Below are positions 1 to 12,582 of a DNA stretch of 64,000 bases, one piece after another (the stretch's first letter is position 1; each line of letters opens with the position of its first letter). This DNA comes from Pavona decussata (lineage: Eukaryota). The stretch spans positions 682,001 through 746,000 of the forward strand of contig CDRNST010000114.1 in assembly GCA_977016875.1 (NCBI GenBank), in the 5' to 3' direction. Both the position numbers and the translations under genes were made by a program. Under the pieces are notes generated by a model that searched no databases, was not told the DNA's origin, and was given only the letters and a program-made list of their open reading frames with translations.

Positions 1-132
1 CAGTGTTGCAAAATTTTGAGCTGACGTTTTGCCAAAGGAAATTGCAGATTTTACTGAATGGCTAAATTTCGTTTGAGGTCATGAACACCATCCGAACAGA
101 TTTCCACCAAAACAAACCGTCGGATGTTCTTG
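1..132. repeat. Dispersed repeat fragment (probable DNA transposon end), same family as ~2770-3125 and ~35840-36212
   Basis: Shares CAGTGTT..AAATTTTG(A/G)GCTG..GCAGATTTT..CTGAGG..AACC(G/A)T with the two other copies in this window. Confidence 0.55.
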
Positions 133-164
133 AGTAAAGATTTTTAAAGCTCTATTAAACTCAC

Positions 165-776
165 CTGCAATTTCATTTTTCGTAAAGAGATGAATACCAG
201 GATGCAAAATATTATCAAACAGAGGACAAGCACAGCTATGACAGATACCGCCAAAGTTTTTTGCTCTGCAAAATAAGCTTGGCGATAAACGAGTACGTGA
301 GTATCTTGAAGATCGATATGAAAGAGAGTTGAACAGGACAAAAATATAAGGACAAAACAGACAACCCAATCAATAATAACTATGGCGACGGCTTTTTCGC
401 TTGTCTTCCAGGTCAAATATCGCAGGCCAAATGTAAGCGCCAGAAAAACGTTTACCAGAAGCACCAGCATGGCGGTGAGATTGAGCGCCATGAAGAGCCG
501 AGCCATGAAAAAGGTTATAATCGCCAAAATCTTTCCCTTGTACCAGCTCACTTCTAGAATGCTAAACACCAAGTACATAGGCATGTTGATGAGGGCCGTA
601 AGGAGATCTACCAGCGCAAGATTAGCAATCAGTATGTTTGGATAAGTGCGAAGCTTCCTGAACCGTGCGAGAATACCAAGAATCGACCCATTGCTAAGTA
701 TGCAGAAGAGGATTAACGTTATTAGAAATCCGGCGTTGGAGATCGTAGTGAGGAGGGACTTGGGGATTTCAGGCAT
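165..776 (-). CDS. Class A (rhodopsin-like) GPCR, exon encoding TM1-TM5; gene continues beyond the left edge of the window
   Basis: ORF 144..809 has five hydrophobic segments, SNGSI (TM1 GN motif), LRTYPNILIANLALVD (ICL1/TM2 LAxxD), LRY in ICL2 and the TM4 Trp. First ATG is at 776. Donor CAG|GTGAGT at 165/164 follows TM5; possible acceptor TTTATCAG| at 791/790. Confidence 0.85.
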
Positions 777-1239
777 GATCTTTTCGTGGACTGATAAATA
801 CGTGTTCAAATGATGCCAACGGAAAATATTCTGATTTACGCTTGTCTCGATTGTTCTTTATCTATCAAACTGAACTAATCCTATATCCGAGAGATAATTT
901 GAAATTTTGCAGGGTATACAATAACGAAATTTCTGCCTCTTTATGGAGAACAGAACTCAGCAGCTGTAGATATCAACAAAACAGTTCGCAGATTTCGTTA
1001 CAAAAGAAACAGTGAAGACAACGTTTCCTCAAAATTTCCGTCCATCTGTGGTCCCCAGTTAAATTCCTACAAATCCTTCATTCCTATTGGCTCCTGAGCA
1101 GTCATTAATTTGTCATATTCACCCACGTCTGAGACGATTAGCCTTCCAAGAAGAAATCATAGTGCATGCGCGAAATGCAAAACAGCTGTTTTTGAAGCCA
1201 TTTTTTAAAATAGTCTCAATATATGTGTCATTGAGCTGG

Positions 1240-1435
1240 CGTGAAGTACGTACGGGGAAATTATTGGTCGAGTTCTTCTTCTTCGTCGTCGTCTTCTTCT
1301 TCTTCTTCTTCTTCTTCTCTTTTTTTTTTTCTTTTTTTGCCATTTTAATTTACGTCCATAAACTTACAAAAAAAGGACGAGACCAATATTTTCCTAATAC
1401 AGACCGAACAAGCTAGTTCAAGAAGGTTTTTAATC
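1240..1435. repeat. Degenerate palindromic non-autonomous element (Crypton-like end) interrupted by a (CTT)n/poly-T tract
   Basis: CGTACGGGGAAATTATTGGTCGAG ... GAGACCAATATTTTCCTAATACAGACCGAACAAGCTAGTT resembles the palindromic end of the Crypton element at 60559-60692. Confidence 0.45.
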
Positions 1436-1704
1436 ATGATATAGCCTTTCCCATTGTTGCTTTCAAGTCCGGCACAATAAGTTCGTCACTCTCGTAATAA
1501 AACTCTGACATCAAGGTTTGAACTTACTTCATAGCCTTAATTTAAAACATTAGTTTGCTTTTATCGAAATTCAAACACTCTGCTCCTTTCACAGACCAGT
1601 TCCAGCTATATAATGAATTATTTTTCGTCTCAACCAATCCGTGGGATCAACGACTGCTTCTCTGCACGGTCAAAACAAACACTTTCAAATATTGGCCAAA
1701 TAGC

Positions 1705-1822
1705 GATGGTGCATGCGCAGTGGTGAGAGCACTCGCCTCCCACCGATGTAGCCCGGGTTCGTTTCCCGGTCAGTTAACCGCGCCATATGTGCATGGGTTG
1801 AGTTTTGTGTTGGTTCTCGTCC
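1705..1822 (+). mobile_element. tRNA-derived SINE 5' fragment
   Basis: A-box-like GCGCAGTGGTGAGAGC, stem-loop, B-box-like GGTTCGTTTCC, then a non-tRNA body. No complete cloverleaf. Confidence 0.75.
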
Positions 1823-2067
1823 ATTTGAAGGAAGAGGTGTCGACAGCATGCACAAAACTTTTCACATTGTGAAAAAATAAGGAAATTGCTAAGGCTTAAA
1901 GAATTACACCTTGCAGAAACCGTAATTTCCTTGAACATTTGCAGCGTGTGATCACATGAAACAAGAGAGCATGAAATCAATTACTGTTAGTGAGTATCGA
2001 CACACCGATATCGATAAAATCCGGTGTTGAAGATCAATATCGGCTTACCGTTACTTCCTATAAATAC

Positions 2068-2070
<3 letters not shown>

Positions 2071-2133
<63 letters not shown>
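2071..2133. repeat. (AAT)n microsatellite
   Basis: About 20 perfect AAT units. Confidence 0.95.
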
Positions 2134-2680
2134 GTCTTTTTTTCCTCACAAGACCCTATTTAAGTCTCAAGCTTAAAAGGTTCTAGAACTTTCAAACAAC
2201 CAACAAACAAAGGAAAAATATTGCATACAGCCATTCAAAACACCTACCTCGGCTTGGCTTAATTAAGGTATTGAAATTTTAACGCTACGTGAGAAGAAAT
2301 TTATTTTGAAATTAATAACGATGAACATATAATTTTCACGTGAAGGAAATTAAGGCGAGCGCATAAGTCAGGTGAGAAAACGCTAATGAATGCAGAGCCA
2401 TTTCGACCCAAATATACTGAAAGATTCAACAAGCCGGACAAGATTTTAAGAAAAAAAAAGAGTAGAACAAACTTCGCAAGTATGAACCCTCCATTTTCCA
2501 ACTTTGTCTCGACAGAAGGTGTTCAATGATTTTCTCTTGGGTCGCGAAAATTAACGCTCACTGAAGAAGCTACCTTAATTGGCTTTAACCAGAAAACAAC
2601 GAAGGTTCTTCTTAAGATCTGTTAAATCAAAGAAAAAAGTAATTAAACGTATACTGTAAATATCACTATATGAAAATACG

Positions 2681-2729
2681 GTCGCCGGCCGGGGAAGACT
2701 CGAACCCCCCTTCTCCTGCTTACAACAGG
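2681..2729 (-). pseudogene. tRNA-like 3' half (anticodon arm with GTA and T arm), probably a SINE head remnant
   Basis: Minus strand reads CCTG-TTGTAAG-CAGG AGAAG GGGG GTTCGAG TCTTC. No D arm or 5' acceptor strand is recognisable. Confidence 0.5.
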
Positions 2730-2769
2730 AGCAATGATCAACGAGAACATTAAATTAAGCGAAGTACAT

Positions 2770-3125
2770 AAAATGTTGTCCCCTGTGTTCCAGATCGTTT
2801 TGTAGCCCTTTAAAGTCATTTGTGTAAGCTAATACAGACTTTTCTGTAAAATTTATGTTGTAGAAAGTTTTACGAAACGGAATTTTTTTCCCGAATGTAC
2901 TAACTGTTGACGTTTTGCGAAAATGCTAGATGACCTTTTTTCGCATTTTTTAAAAATATGTTTAAAAACATTTTTTAATTTGCCCCTTCAAAAACAAAAG
3001 GAAATAGTTTTCCAGTGTTATACGAAATTTTGGGCTGACAGTTTGCCGAAGAATACTGCAGATTTTATCTACGACCAAATCCGAATTTCTGAGGAGATGA
3101 AATGAACCATTGGCTGACCTGTAGG
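2770..3125. repeat. Dispersed repeat (probable DNA transposon fragment), copy 2
   Basis: Colinear similarity with 35840-36212 (AATGTTGTC.CCTGTGTT.CCAG.TCGTTT...GAAAATGCTAG.TGACCTTTTTTCG) and with 1-132. Confidence 0.7.
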
Positions 3126-3131
3126 GTCTTA

Positions 3132-3537
3132 GGGGCTGTTTACATGGAGGAAGATCCTAGCACTAGGAAGATTCTAGAGGGCGGATCAACCTAGCGCCAT
3201 ATAGTCTGTCATATGTTTTCTGTATTAGGTTTACATGCAAAAGGTCGAACTTGGCCCTAGTGCTAGGATCTTTCTAGCGATATGATCTTCCTAGCTGAGA
3301 GATAGGAAGATCCTAGCACCATGTAAACTACCTTCGCTCGGAAGATCCTAGTACTAGGAACAAACATGGCGGCAGCCGGGCGTTCAATTGCTAAAGGCGG
3401 ACAATTTTTTCTCTTTTCCTTCTCCACTTGGTAACCACCTCGATCGAAATTTCTGCATGTAAACTAAACGGAAAGTTGTTTCGCCTTCTAGGATCTTCCT
3501 TGTGCTAGGAACTTCCTCCCTCCATGTAAACAGCCCC
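3132..3537. mobile_element. PIF/Harbinger-type MITE
   Basis: TIR GGGGCTGTTTACATGGAGG / CCTCCATGTAAACAGCCCC, TTA duplication on both sides, internal GAAGATCCTAG repeats. Confidence 0.88.
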
Positions 3538-5060
3538 TTAATAACTGGTTAGATCATGCTGTTACATGGCGTATTGAGACACAATGTGTCCCTTGCCCCC
3601 ACCTAACGTCGACAGCGTTAAAAATATGACAATGAAACTTTTAGGGTATATATTACGTTCGAGTGACGTCACGTGGCATGAAAATTACGTCATTTGTTTT
3701 ACACATCCGCCATCTTGGATCGACCGTCTTGGATTCGTCGTTTTCTCAAAAACCTCGGAAAAACGTCAGAATTAGTCAAAACCAATAAAAACGCTAAACT
3801 ATAATATAAATGTAAAAGTCATAACAATAAACTTTAATTTTTTAAAAAAAAAATCCAAATTTTGAAAAACATGGCTATCAAAATTTTGTCACCACCCCAT
3901 CCCAGGCCAGTTGACTGTGGGCTCAGAAATTTGCTGACGTTGCCATACAGCAAAGAAAACGTGAAGGTAGGCTTATTTTTCAGATCCCAGTTACTCAGAC
4001 GAAATACCGCAGCTAGAGCGGTCCACATCGAACGAGTCACGTTATACGTGTTTCCACCCTTTTCCTCTTATTCTTCAAAAACTCATTAACAACCCATCGA
4101 ATGGTCGATAATACATCACGTGAAGTGACTTTATATCAATAAACCTTTTCCTTATTAGTATGCGGTGTTTTATCAGCTCATAAAACACTCCTCATTAGTA
4201 TGCCTTGTTTTTCTCCTATGCTAATTTCCAACGTTCACAAAAGTATAGTTGTCATGAACTCAATTGACAAATGCTTTTCCAGAAATGTTTTTGAAGCCGT
4301 TGAAAAACTCGCACCACGTGTTTTATCGGGTCTAAAACCGATAAAACACTCCTGCTCGTTTTTTAAACATTACTTCTCTACAATCATTTTAAGCATTTTA
4401 AATTGTAGAAATTGTATAATTTAAAAAGATTTTAAATTTCTAATTCTTTAAAATATAAAAATAAGATCTCATTTTCTCGTATTCAAAGTGACAATTACTC
4501 TATAAACCAATTTACATAGTTTTAATTTTCCTTATAGTAGAAAACAAAATAAAAAATTATAAATCAAAAAGCTGTAAAGCAAAATTACATTTTTGATCTG
4601 GATTACAAATGGAATTGGTAAAATGACTCACAGGCCCTTTTGGCCATCCTCGCAGAAACCTCTAATATGCCCAGGAAGGTTTGATTATCTTCGAAAGTTA
4701 ACATAAAAATAATTATCCTCTACTGGCCGCAGTAACAAAGCTACGGAATACTTCGCTGTGGTTCAAGCGTAGCTTAACCAATTATTTCAACACGGTGCGG
4801 TGGGTTTAAATTGGATTTTTCTTAAAGAAAGGAAGTTCAGTGGAGAGTTAGCATCATAAGTGGCAGACGTATCGAGGTAACCTCAAACAGCATTCATTCC
4901 ACATTTTATTCAGTGGCTTTCACGGGCTGTGAATTCCCCATCAATCCAGCGTTGCCTACCAATATTATAACTAGATAGTTCATTGTTGTTAGGATCTCGG
5001 TTATGTTTGTGATAGTGCGGTTTGTTTTTTGCCGTCTAGCTAAAAATTGTTGTTTCTAAT

Positions 5061-5229
5061 ACAGTGGAGCCTTGATTTAACGAACCTCTATATAACGAAG
5101 TCCTCTATAAAAAGAACGATGTTGCTCAGCCCAGCCAAATAAATGTATGGAATAGAACCTCGATATCGCATAACGAACCAGTTTGCCAAGTCCCTTGGCC
5201 CTTCGTTAAATCGAGGTTCCCGGCTCTGA
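5061..5229. mobile_element. Tc1/mariner-type MITE present once in every array unit (unit 1 copy)
   Basis: TA-CAGTGGA(A/G)CCT(C/T)GATTTAACGAA ... TTCGTTAAATCGAGGTTCC(ACTG). Other copies at ~8241, 11141, 14524, 17405, 20814. Confidence 0.8.
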
Positions 5230-6295
5230 TAGGTTGTTTCATGTTTTTGGCAGGTTCAGAGTTAAGTTTGCCAATTCATAGTTTCTGTTGTTCCGATCAA
5301 AATTTAATTTTGTATTTGGGTAATTATTTTTGTTTCAGATCAACTTTATTTAACCCACTGGGTTATTTGGCCCCTCAGTTCGAAGTTATTTTTCTACCGA
5401 ATTGCTGTTTACTCTTGGATCAAAATATTTTTGTTATTGAGCTTGAGATATTTTTATTGCTCTCCTTTATTTATGTATCTATTTGCAGATTTGTTAATTA
5501 ATTAATTAATTAATTAATTAATTAGTTAGTTAATTCGTTAAATTCTTCCTTAGGTTGTTTTTGTCATTTGCAACTCCATGCTATTTTTACCATTCGAGGA
5601 TTGTTTTATTGCTCTTGGCATTTTATTGTCAAACTTATTTGTATATATTTATACATCGCTCTCTTTTATTTACGTATTTATTTTATCTATTTTTAATTAA
5701 ATTAGCCATTTTTTCCCTCAGGGTTGGGTTGTTTCTGTTGCTCGCGCATTGTGTAATCTTGTTGTCAACCTTATAAGTATAAATACTACTTTTCACGCGC
5801 TCTGATGTAGCTACTCAAACTCCATTAGTATTGATATTTCGTCCCCAGCATTTCGCTGGATTTCGCACACGATTTATTTCCCAAAGTGTCAGAAATAAAC
5901 TCAGTGACTGATTGATGTTGGCTATTCACTGATTTGGTATATACTAAAAACCAGTATTCACCTTAGCGTCATGAATGAACGTGGTAGATATTTAGATCGC
6001 CACTCTGTGGTTCGGAAAATATCCATAATTATCCGAACTCCAATTCAGTACTAAATAATTGCTAAATATCAAGGGGTATCCAAACAGGGCTTTTTGATGA
6101 TTGTTTCTTGAATGTTCACACGTTTCCTCATCCTTTTCAAATTCCATTTGGAATTTTAAACATTGAATATTTCGCTGTTGGGTTGTTTTTGAAGCTGGTC
6201 TTCCGAATTTGTTTCTACCCGGGTTGTTTTTTGTCAACCGTATGATGTAGATGAGATGCCTCATTTGGCCTTCTTTCAGAAGCAATTAGTTTAAT

Positions 6296-6772
6296 TAGAG
6301 CGGTTTCCAATAGGACATTTTCACTATGGCGTCATTTGACTACAACTACCAGAATCCTTCAGTTTTTTGTTTTCTCATGCTAATTAGAGCTATTGTTCTT
6401 TGCTCTCCACTGGGATTACAAAATTTGAATTTGGAAAGGAAAACAAAATGAATTCTGGTGGTTGTAGTCAAATGACGCCATCATGAAAATGGCCTATTGA
6501 GTGTCGTAAAACCAAAACCAAAGTAATTACTCTGGCCAATCGCAAAAGATGTAAACAACACAACGAGCCAATCAGAATTCGAAGCAAATACATGTAACTG
6601 GCACCAAGCGCGGGAAAACGCGTGCGGCCAAAACACGATTGGTTTGGGTTTGGATTCCCATTGGTTGAGAAAGTGCAGTGGTGCGAGCTTTGTTAACCAA
6701 TCACAGAGCGTAGTAATGCAAAACCAAACTAAACGCAAAATTAATTTCGACACTCAATTGAAAACTGCTCTA
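6296..6772. mobile_element. Nested MITE pair in array unit 1 (same insertion in unit 5 at 18645-19121)
   Basis: Outer TIR TAGAGCGGTTTCCAAT..TGAGTGTCG / CGACACTCAATTGAAAACTGCTCTA, split by an inner element at 6311-6496 with TIR core ATGGCGTCATTTGACTACAAC / GTTGTAGTCAAATGACGCCAT. Absent from units 2, 3, 4 and 6. Confidence 0.85.
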
Positions 6773-9540
6773 TAAAGAAATGCGTTAATTCGTTTAACTA
6801 TAAATTAACGTAACATCTTGGCTCTATTACGCACACAACAAATATGACCGCACAATGGCGTAAGCCAATAAAGTTGATTTTGGCGGGCCGGTCTAGCATA
6901 CTCGTTTAGGGCGGGTCTTCCATTCAGATGTAATTATTTTCCTTTATAAACGAGAACATTAATGTCAACCTAACATTAGTGTCCACCTATTCTAATAATT
7001 ATTGAATAGAAAGAAAATAAATTTGCGTGCATGGTAATTAATTCGGTGCATTTTCAAGTTGACGTTTAATTGAATCGATTAATTTCTACTCCGGGACATG
7101 CGACAATTGCGAATCGCGATCGTGCTTGCAATGGTTGTGAGTCAGGGAACAAACTAGATCGACCACCAGTGACTCAGAAGGTATTTCTGTTTTCAGTTGT
7201 TATTTTAAAGCGATTCTCCATTTCCTTTTGTAGATAATCCCATATGCATTTAAATTCTAATTACGACAAGGTCAATACGCAATGCAAAAATTAATTTTGT
7301 AGATCTGCACCAAGACAGTGATTCAGAAACAGATAATTGTTTTTGGCCCATAGCCTTACCAAACATTGTTTCGAGGCTTTTAAAGTCTTAGATTTAATTC
7401 AGGTTGATTCAAAAGAGAGTTCACTAAAGAATACTGCGAAAATAAGTACGACGAGCCGCTCTTACTCTGAAATGCTGTGACCGAAGGCGTCTTTTAGAGG
7501 GTCCATTTAGATGTCGGGTCACTTTAAGATGCATACAAAGAGTAGTAGACGTGAAAATATCCAAAAAAGGTGTAATGGAATGAGAAACAATTTTTTCTAC
7601 TTTTCGGAAAAAAGATTTTCAACTTCTAAGTCTTTAAAATATAAAAATAAGATCTCATTTTCTTGTATTCAAAGTGACCGTTACTCTATAAACCAATTTA
7701 CATAATTTTCCTTATAGTAGAAAACAAAATAAAAAATGATAAATCAAAAAAACTGGAAAGCAAAATTACATTTTTGATCTGGATTAAAAATGGAATGGGT
7801 AAATGACTCAAAGGCCCCTTTGGCCATCCTCGCAGAAACCTCTAAAATGTTCAGAGAGGTTTGATTATCTTCGAAAATTAACATAAAAATAATTATCCTC
7901 CACTGGCCGCAGTAACAGAGCTACGGAATACTTCGCTGTGGTTCAAGCGTAGCTTAACCAATTATTTCAACACGGTGCGGTGGGTTTAAATTGGATTTTT
8001 CTTAAAGAAAGGAAGTTCAGTGGAGAGTTAGCATCATAAGTGGCAGACGTATCGAGGTAACCTCAAACAGCATTCATTCCACATTTTATTCAGTGGCTTT
8101 CACGGGCTGTGAATTCCCCATCGATCCAGTGTTGCCTACCAATATTATAACTAGATAGTTCATTGTCGTTAGGGTCTGGGTTATGTTTGTGAAAGTTGGT
8201 TTGTTTTTTGCCGTCTAGCTAAAAATTGTTGTTTCTTATACAGTGGAACCTCGATTTTACGAATCTCTATATAACGAAGTCCTCGATAAAACGAACGATG
8301 TTGCTCAGCCCTGCCAAATAAATGTATGGAATAGAACCTCGATATAGCATAACGAACCAGTTTGCCTTGTCCCTTGGCACTTTGTTTAATCGAGGTTCCA
8401 CTGATAGGTTGTTTCATGTTTTTGGCAGGTTCAGAGTTAAGTTTGCCAATTCATAGTTTCTGTTGTTCCGATCAAAATTTAATATTGCATTTCGGTAATT
8501 ATTTTTGTTTCAGATCAACTTTATTTAACCCACTGGGTTATTTGGCCCCTCAGTTTGAAGTTATTTTTCTACCGAATTGCTGTTTACTCTTGGATCAAAA
8601 TATTTTTGTTATTGAGCTTGAGATATTTTTATCGCTCTCCTTTACTTACATATCTATTTGCAGATTTGTTAATTAATTAATTAGTTAATTCGTTAAATTC
8701 TTCCTTAGGTTGTTTTTGTCATTTGCAGCTCCATGCTATTTTTACTATTTCGTGGATTGTTTTTTCGCTCTTGGCATTTTATTGTCAAACTTATTTGTAT
8801 ATATTTATACGTCGCTCTCTTTTATTTGCGTATTTATTTTATCTATTTTTAATTAAATTAGCCATTTTTTCTCTTAGGGTTGGGTTGTTTCTGTTGCTCG
8901 CGCTTTGTGTAATCTTGTTGTCAACCTTATTAGTATAAATACTACTTTTCGCGCGCTCTGATGTAGCTACTTAAACTCTATTAGTATTGATAGTTTGCTC
9001 CCAGCATTTCGCTGGATTTCGCACACGACTTATTTCCCAAAGTGTCAGAAATAAACTCAGTGACTGATTGATGTTGGCTATTCACTGGTTCGGTATATAC
9101 TAAAAACCAGTATTCTCCTCAATGTCATGAACAAATGTGGTATAGATATTTACCTCGCCACTCTGTGGTTCGGAAAACATCCATAATTATCCAAACTCAA
9201 ATTCAGTACTAAATAATTGCTAAATATCAAGGGGGTATCCAAACAGGGCCTTTTGATGATTGTTTCTTGAATGTTCACACATGTTCCCCCATCCTTTTCA
9301 AATTGCATTTGAAATTTTTAAACATTTAAGATTTCGCTGTTGGGTTGTTTTTGAAGCTGGACTTCCGAATTTGTTTCTACCCGGGTTGTTTCTTGTCAAC
9401 CGTATGATGTAGATGAGATGGCCAATTAGGCCTTCTTTCAGAAGCAATTACTTTAATTATAAAGAAATGCGTTAATTTATATAATTATAAATCAACGTAA
9501 CATCTTGTATCTATTACGCGCACAACAAATATGACCACAC

Positions 9541-9862
9541 AATGGCGTAAGCCAATAAAGTCGATTTTGCGGAGTGGGTCTAGCATGGACCAATCAGAAC
9601 CCGTTTAGGGCGGGCCTTCTATTCAGATGTAATTACTTTACTTTAAAAACGAAGACATTAATGTCCACCTGACATTAGTGTCCACATATTCTAATAATAT
9701 AGAAAGAAAATAAATTTGCGTGCATGATAATTATTCGGTGCATTTTCAAGTTGACGTTTAATTGAATCGATTAATTTCTACTCCGTGACATGGGGCAGTT
9801 GCGAATCGTGGTCGCAATGGTTGTGAGTCAGGGAACAAACCAGATCGACCACCAGTGACTCA
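9541..9862. promoter_or_regulatory. Promoter/enhancer-like motif cluster repeated in each array unit (unit 2 copy)
   Basis: ATGGCG, GCCAAT, GACCAATCAG and GGGCGGG within 75 bp, then an inverted AP-1-like pair TGAGTCA (9824) / TGACTCA (9856). Motif match only. Confidence 0.4.
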
Positions 9863-12055
9863 GAAGGTATTTCTGTTTTCAGTTGTTATTTTCAAGCGTT
9901 TTTCTCCATTTCGTTTTGTAGATAATCCCATATTCATTTAAATTCCAAACGTCAAGGTCAATACGCAATGCAAAAATTAATTTTGTAGATCCGCACCAAG
10001 ACAGTAAAACAGAGAATCGTTTTAGGCCCATAGCCTTACCAAACATTGTTTCGAGGCTTTTAAAGTCTTAGATTTAATTCAGGTTGATTCAAAAGAGAGT
10101 TAACTAAAGAATACTGCAAAAATAGGTAGCCTCAATTTTGTCTCAAAGAGGAAAAGGTCATCCTCACAAGATGTTTCGCCCTTTCTCTCTCTCGCTCTCT
10201 CTCTTTCGCTAATGAAAGTGTGTTTGTCGGTCAGTTGAAGAGGAAGACCGAGAAAAGAAACGTTCACATATTAATTGACAAATAATTTCAAGTGAGCATT
10301 GATTATACTTTAGCCCGAAACTATCATTTTACGAAGAGCCGCTCTTACTCTGAAATGCTGTGACCGAAGGCGTCTTTTAGAGGGTCCATTTAGATGTCGG
10401 GGCACTTCAAGATGCATACAAAGAGTAGTAGACGTGAAAATATCCAAGAAAAGGTGTAGGCAATGGAATGAGAAACAATTGTTTTCTACTTTTTGGAAAA
10501 AAGATTTTCAACTTTTAAGTCTTTAAAATATAAAAATAAGATCTCATTGTCTTGTATTCAAAGTGACCGTTACTCTATAAACCAATTTACCTAGTTCAGT
10601 TTAATTTTCCTTATAGTAGAAAACAAAATAAAAAATGATAGATCAAAAAACTGTAAAGCAAAATTACATTTTTGATCTGGATTACAAATGGAATTGGTAA
10701 AATGACTCACAGGCCCCTTTGGCCATCCTCGCAGAAACCTCTAAAATGACCAGGAAGGTTTGATTATCTTCGAAAATTAACATAAAAATAATTATCCTCT
10801 ACTGGCCGCAGTAACAAAGCTACGGAATACTTCGCTGTGGTTCAAGCGTAGCTTAACCAATTATTTCAACACGGTGCGGTGGGTTTAAATTGGATTTTTC
10901 TTAAAGAAAGGAAGTTCACTGGAGAGTTAGCATCATAAGTGGCAGACGTATCGAGGTATCCTCAAACAGCATTCATTCCACATTTTATTCAGTGGCTTTC
11001 ACGGGCTGTGAATTCCCCATCAATCCAGCGTTGCCTACCAATATTATAACTAGATAGTTCATTGTCGTTAGGATCTCGGTTATGTTTGTGATAGTGCGGT
11101 TTGTTTTTTGCCGTCTAGCTAAAAATTGTTGTTTCTAATACAGTGGAGCCTTGATTTAACGAACCTCTATATAACGAAGTCCTCGATAAAACGAACGATG
11201 TTGCTCAGCCCAGCCAAATAAATGTATGGAATAGAACCTCGATATAGCATAACGAACCAGTTTGCCTTGTCCCTTGGCCCTTCGTTAAATCGAGGTTCCC
11301 GGCACTGATAGGTTGTTTCATGTTTTTGGGAGGTTCAGAGTTAAGTTTGCCAATTCATAGTTTCTGTTGTTCCGATCAAAATTTGATATTGCATTTGGGT
11401 AATTATTTTTGTTTCAGATCAACTTTATTTAACCCACTGGGTTATTTGGCTCCTCAGTTCGAAGTTATTTTTCTACTGAATTGTTTTTTACTCTTGGATC
11501 AAAATATTTTTGGTATTGAGCTGTTAATTTTACCATTGAGATATTTTTATTGTTCTCCTTTATATATGTATCTATTTGCAGATTTTTTAATTAATTAATT
11601 AGTTAGTTAATTAATTAATTAATTAATTAATTAGTTAATTTGTTAAATTTTTCCTAAGGTTGTTTTTGTCATTTGCAGCTCCATGCTATTTTTACCATGT
11701 CGCGGATTGTGTTTTCGCTCTTGGCATTTTGTTGTCAAAGTTATTTTTATACATGTATACCTTGCTCTCTTTTATTGATTTATTTATTTTATCTAATTGT
11801 TAATTAATTAGTCACTTTTTCCTGTTGGGTTGTTTTTGTGGCTCCCGTTATTAGTATAAATACTACTTTTCGCGCACTCAAACTCCATTAGTATTGATAT
11901 TTTGCTCCCAGCATTCCCCTGGATTTCGCACACAATTTATTTAGCAAATTGGCAGAAATAAACCCAGTGGCTGATTGGTACTTGCTCTTCACTGGTTTGG
12001 TTTATACTAAAAAGCAGTATTCACCTCAATTTCAAGAATGAACTTTGTAGATATA

Positions 12056-12295
12056 TTTATTTATTTTATTTATTTTATTTTATTTTATTAGACTTCGCCT
12101 TCTAAAACAAAACTATAAACAGAACATGACAACGTGAACAGAAAATAAACAAGTACTGGGTTAATGACCACAACAGCTAGCGCCAGTTACCGTGGGCCCA
12201 AGATTAACAAAGTTCTAAACACTCGAATAAGATAGTAAAATATAGTAAACTAATAACAACACGAAATAGGTTCTGAAAGGTGGCGTGGCATATTA
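12056..12295 (-). mobile_element. Unit-3-specific insertion, probably a 5'-truncated LINE 3' end with (AAAAT)n tail
   Basis: About 240 bp absent from the other units; begins with (TTTTA)n; flanked by ATATTTA-like direct repeats. Confidence 0.55.
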
Positions 12296-12341
12296 TATTT
12301 ACCTAGCCACTCTGTGGTTCGGAAAATATCCATAATTATCC

Positions 12342-12582
12342 GGGCCGGGTTGTTCGAAAGCCGATTAACGCTAATCCACGATTAAAAGTTAATGAAGGTT
12401 TTCATCGTCGTTCGTTAAAATGGGTTTAAACGCTAATTTCAAGCTAAAGGTAAAGAAAAGTCTAAGTCAAAACTGAGGGCCGAAAATCTTTTGGAAGAAC
12501 CTTTGTTGATTAGCAATTAAACTCGAATCAAAGTTTGCGTTAATCCAGGATTAGCTTAATCGAGCTTTGAACAACTGGGCCC
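12342..12582. mobile_element. Unit-3-specific MITE
   Basis: TIR GGGCCGGGTTGTTCGAAAGCCGATTAACGCTAATCC / GGATTAGCTTAATCGAGCTTTGAACAACTGGGCCC; related element at ~57551-57985. Confidence 0.8.

Noticed and set aside
1087-1416. Poly-Phe and poly-Lys ORFs
   Set aside because: Translations of a (CTT)n/poly-T tract inside a repeat.
1990-2040. Short similarity (AAATCCGGTGTTGAAGATC) to the GPCR TM1 region
   Set aside because: Only ~19 bp and no extendable frame; likely chance.
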